Below, piece after piece: positions 38,355 through 41,123 of a stretch of 41,123 nucleotides of DNA (position 1 is its first letter; the number at the start of each line of letters is the position of its first letter). The notes beneath the pieces were generated by a model. It was not told the DNA's origin, made no database searches, and saw only the letters and a list, made by a program, of their open reading frames with translations. The position numbers were made by a program, and so were the translations under genes. Location: the NCBI GenBank assembly GCA_039208735.1, contig JBCCQY010000074.1, forward strand, positions 1-41,123. The letters run 5' to 3'. The DNA is from Myxococcota bacterium (GTDB lineage Bacteria; Myxococcota_A; UBA796; GCA-2862545).

Positions 38355-38391
38355 AAGCTACGAAGTCCCTGCTGACACCTTCTGGCAGCAG
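38355..38391 (-). promoter_or_regulatory. Putative WYL-regulator operator plus -10 element
   Basis: CTGCTGACA-CCTTC-TGGCAGCAG (38369-38391, 8/9 arm match) placed 8 nt upstream of TAGCTT (38360-38355) on the minus strand. Confidence 0.65.
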
Positions 38392-38420
38392 CGTGACGGA
38401 AGTCCGAAGGAGATGGCCCC

Positions 38421-39101
38421 ATGTTGATCCGTGCTGATTTTCGAGAGCCTGTGGTGCTTGCCACCGATGCGCTACCCTGGGTCGACTCCCCCATGCCGGG
38501 GGTCCGACGGCGCCGCCTCGATCGCATTGGTGACGAGGTGGCCCGCGCCACATCCATCGTTCGCTACGACAAAGGCAGCGCGTTTTCGGCTCATACCCAT
38601 GGGGGTGGTGAAGAGTTTCTCGTGCTGGAAGGAACGTTTGCCGACGAACATGGAGAGTACCCCGCGGGCACCTACGTTCGGAATCCACCGGGAAGCCGAC
38701 ACACCCCACGGGCTCCTGACGGCTGCGTCCTGTTTGTGAAGCTGTGGCAGATGGACCTGGACGATCAGGAGATCGTGCGGGTGGTCGGAGCCGAAGGACG
38801 GCTCGTGAACCGACCGGGGGAGCGGGTCCGCGTTGACCGATGGTCTCCAGACGACGTGATTCCCAAGGTCGCACCTCCCGGGGGCATGGAGCTGCTGGTG
38901 CTGGAGGGCTCCGTCGAATGGCGCGGAGAGGTGCCCCAGACCCTTGGCGAAGGGGGCTGGATCCGGGTGCCGGGGGGGGCCGCGACCCCGATCCAGGTGG
39001 GTGCATCGGGGGCCAAGGTCTACCTCAAGACCGGTCGCGTCGACGATGCAGCCGACCACTTTCGTCGGTTGGGCGGACAAGCCGCTTGGCAAGACTCCTG
39101 A
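38421..39101 (+). CDS. ChrR-like double cupin protein
   Basis: WVDSPMPGVRRRRLDR.G.EVARATSIVRY, HTHGGGEE, YVRNPPGSRH and LFVKLWQ. Confidence 0.92.
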   Translation: MLIRADFREPVVLATDALPWVDSPMPGVRRRRLDRIGDEVARATSIVRYDKGSAFSAHTHGGGEEFLVLEGTFADEHGEYPAGTYVRNPPGSRHTPRAPDGCVLFVKLWQMDLDDQEIVRVVGAEGRLVNRPGERVRVDRWSPDDVIPKVAPPGGMELLVLEGSVEWRGEVPQTLGEGGWIRVPGGAATPIQVGASGAKVYLKTGRVDDAADHFRRLGGQAAWQDS

Positions 39102-39190
39102 TCTGGAGTCTCGTCCTTCGTTAAGGACAAACGTCGAACGTCTTCGAATATCGGAGGCGGAGGCTCGTCATAGGATCGGGAGGCCTACTC

Positions 39191-40993
39191 ATGCCGTGGA
39201 CCATTCTCTTTGCGGTGATGTTCGGCGGGGTCGCTGTTGACACCGCTGACGCCGCGCCGAATCGATCGTCTCAGACGGCTCGCAAGAGTTCGTCGTCACG
39301 GTCGACGGCCCGCGCGCCATCGCGATCGTCGGCGAGTCGATCGCGGAGCACGACCACCCGGTCGCGCAGCACGACGAGCACGCGGAGCACACGAAGCACG
39401 CCGAGTCGTTCGAGCACCCGGAGCACACCGAGTCGTTCGAGCACCCGGAGCACGACGACCCGTTCGTCGACGCGCTCGACACCCGCTCGAAGCCCATCGA
39501 CGCGCAGCCGCACGACCACCACAACCCGCAGCTCGAGCCCGAGCCGCAACTCCACCCGAACGCGTACGAACTCGGCGTCGACTCGGTCGCGCGCTGCTCC
39601 GTCGAGCCCGCGGCAGCCGGCGACCCGCAGCTCATCGTCGCGCTCATCCACCCGGACGACCACGCGCAGTCCGTCGACGACCCGGAGTCCGTCGCGCACC
39701 ACGACGACCCGGAGCACGACGACGCGAACCCCGAACACGCGTTCGCGCACGACGACGACGCGAACCCCGAGCACGCGTTCGCGCACGACGACGACGCGGA
39801 CGAATCCGAGCAACCCGCGTACTTCGACGCGTTCGAACACGACCCGCAACACCACCACCCGCCAGTCCACGACGCGCCAGTCTACGGGCCGACCGATCGG
39901 AAACGATCGTCAGCCGGCCCGAGGAAACGGACGGAGTCGAACGACGACGACGACCCGAACGACGACCGGTCGTCCGAGTGCGGCTCGGACCACAACCCGC
40001 ACCACGACGGTGAACCGCTCGCGGCGCGTGAGCGGTCGCGATGTGCGCCGCCGGGACATCGGAACGCGTCCGCACAGCACGCTGCGTCCCTACTCGCGTT
40101 CGGCCCGCACCTCGCGGAGCCGCGCGGTGTATCGTCCGCCGCACCGTAGCTACCGTGACGTTCGCTACGCGCGTCCCAGCTATCGGGCGGTGCGTCGCTT
40201 CCAGGCCCGGCCCTTGCCCCGTCGCTGGACCTACCGTCCGTACTACACCCGCTGGTACTGCCACCCCTGGTACCGCTACCGGTACTCCACCGTCGCGGTC
40301 GTTGGCTTCGGCTTTGGCGTCAATCCTTGGTTCGTCGATTGGGTGCCGCCGGCGCGTGCGGGTTGGGCTTGGGTGCCCGGCTACTACGCCTACGGCTTCT
40401 GGAACCCTGGGTTCTGGCGCCCCGTTCGCACGGCACCCGTGGGCTACAGCTTCGTTCCCGGTTGGTGGGAAGGCGATGTCTACGTCGAAGGCTACAACCG
40501 CGTGTCACAGCGTGCGGATTGGGAATGGGTCGACGGTCGCTACCTCGACGACGGGACCTACGTGCGGGGTCACTGGACCCCCACCAGCGTGGCGCCGGAA
40601 GGCTACACGTGGGAAGCGGGCTTTTGGGATGGCGAGACCTACGTGGATGGCTTCTGGCGGCCCGAGTACCGTCCGGGCTTCGTCTGGGTGAGCGCCTTCT
40701 ACGACGAGGACGGCATCTTCCACGGCGGCTACTGGCTGCCTCAGAATGAGCGTCCCGGTGAAGAGTGGATCCCGGGCTGGTTCGATGGCACCGACTGGGT
40801 CGAGGGCTATTGGTTGCCCGCCTCGGACTACACGGAATCGGCGCTCGACCGTTACGTCCAGCCCGATGGCTTCGACGATGGCTGGGACGACGATTACAGC
40901 CCCCAGGGCCCCCCGCCTCGGGCGACGATCGCCCCACGCGAGACCACCGACGGTCCTTCCGACGTCCCCCTCGCGTTGCCCATCGAACCCTGA
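39191..40993 (+). CDS. Secreted protein: Arg/Ser/Thr-rich disordered region plus YXWGXW-type (WxxGxW) repeats
   Basis: Signal ending TADA; ~270 aa of R/S/T low complexity; repeats WVPGYY, FVPGWW, WVDGRY, YVRGHW, WEAGFW, YVDGFW, WIPGWF and WVEGYW; GGAGG RBS. Confidence 0.85.
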   Translation: MPWTILFAVMFGGVAVDTADAAPNRSSQTARKSSSSRSTARAPSRSSASRSRSTTTRSRSTTSTRSTRSTPSRSSTRSTPSRSSTRSTTTRSSTRSTPARSPSTRSRTTTTTRSSSPSRNSTRTRTNSASTRSRAAPSSPRQPATRSSSSRSSTRTTTRSPSTTRSPSRTTTTRSTTTRTPNTRSRTTTTRTPSTRSRTTTTRTNPSNPRTSTRSNTTRNTTTRQSTTRQSTGRPIGNDRQPARGNGRSRTTTTTRTTTGRPSAARTTTRTTTVNRSRRVSGRDVRRRDIGTRPHSTLRPYSRSARTSRSRAVYRPPHRSYRDVRYARPSYRAVRRFQARPLPRRWTYRPYYTRWYCHPWYRYRYSTVAVVGFGFGVNPWFVDWVPPARAGWAWVPGYYAYGFWNPGFWRPVRTAPVGYSFVPGWWEGDVYVEGYNRVSQRADWEWVDGRYLDDGTYVRGHWTPTSVAPEGYTWEAGFWDGETYVDGFWRPEYRPGFVWVSAFYDEDGIFHGGYWLPQNERPGEEWIPGWFDGTDWVEGYWLPASDYTESALDRYVQPDGFDDGWDDDYSPQGPPPRATIAPRETTDGPSDVPLALPIEP

Positions 40994-41014
40994 GGTCGGC
41001 CCTCGGAGGACGAC

Positions 41015-41123
41015 TTGGCAGCACCTCGGGTCTTCGTCAGCTACCGTCGCGATGATGTGCCCGATGTGACCGGGCGCATCAGCGACCGCCTCATCGCGGC
41101 GCTCGGGCGCGAACGGGTCTTCA
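41015..41123 (+). CDS. TIR-domain protein, 5' end only
   Basis: GGAGGA RBS then TTG; MAAPRVFVSYRRDDVPDVTGRISDRLIAALGRERVF matches the TIR_2 beta-A/alpha-A pattern; not in the ORF track. Confidence 0.8.
   Translation, partial: MAAPRVFVSYRRDDVPDVTGRISDRLIAALGRERVF

Noticed and set aside
38972..38979. G8 run in the ChrR-like gene
   Set aside because: Short, in frame (PGG), in a non-surface gene; expected at this GC content.
39237..40264. Arg-rich alternative-frame ORFs and DNA repeats
   Set aside because: By-products of low-complexity coding sequence in 39191-40993.

Overview
GC-rich bacterial chromosomal window. Gene content points to Myxococcota/deltaproteobacteria: a Hanks kinase-TPR module, MopE-like and FG-GAP lipoproteins, Asp-Thr repeat lipoproteins and very short lipoprotein signals. 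About 37 CDS can be supported. No rRNA, tRNA, CRISPR or transposase was seen. The left end holds a translationally coupled minus-strand operon: Ser/Thr kinase, TPR protein, GH30 glycoside hydrolase lipoprotein, then a lipoprotein that the ORF track missed (1708 to beyond base 1), built from at least four copies of an unrecognised ~150-aa beta-rich domain. This operon is the best candidate for an undescribed system. The middle carries small regulator-target pairs (TetR/CPBP, ECF41/FAD oxidoreductase, two LysRs, WYL/VOC), several with visible operator or promoter motifs, plus an orphan sigma54-driven GspG-like pseudopilin. A lower-GC island (~22.4-25.3 kb) contains a frameshifted HExxH peptidase lipoprotein and an FG-GAP adhesin with a G11 tract. 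The right part has MBOAT, an M66-like protease, a signal-bearing DUF151 nuclease, an aminotransferase, hflKC, a second MopE/FG-GAP lipoprotein, a ChrR-like cupin, an R/S/T-rich YXWGXW-repeat protein and the start of a TIR-domain gene.
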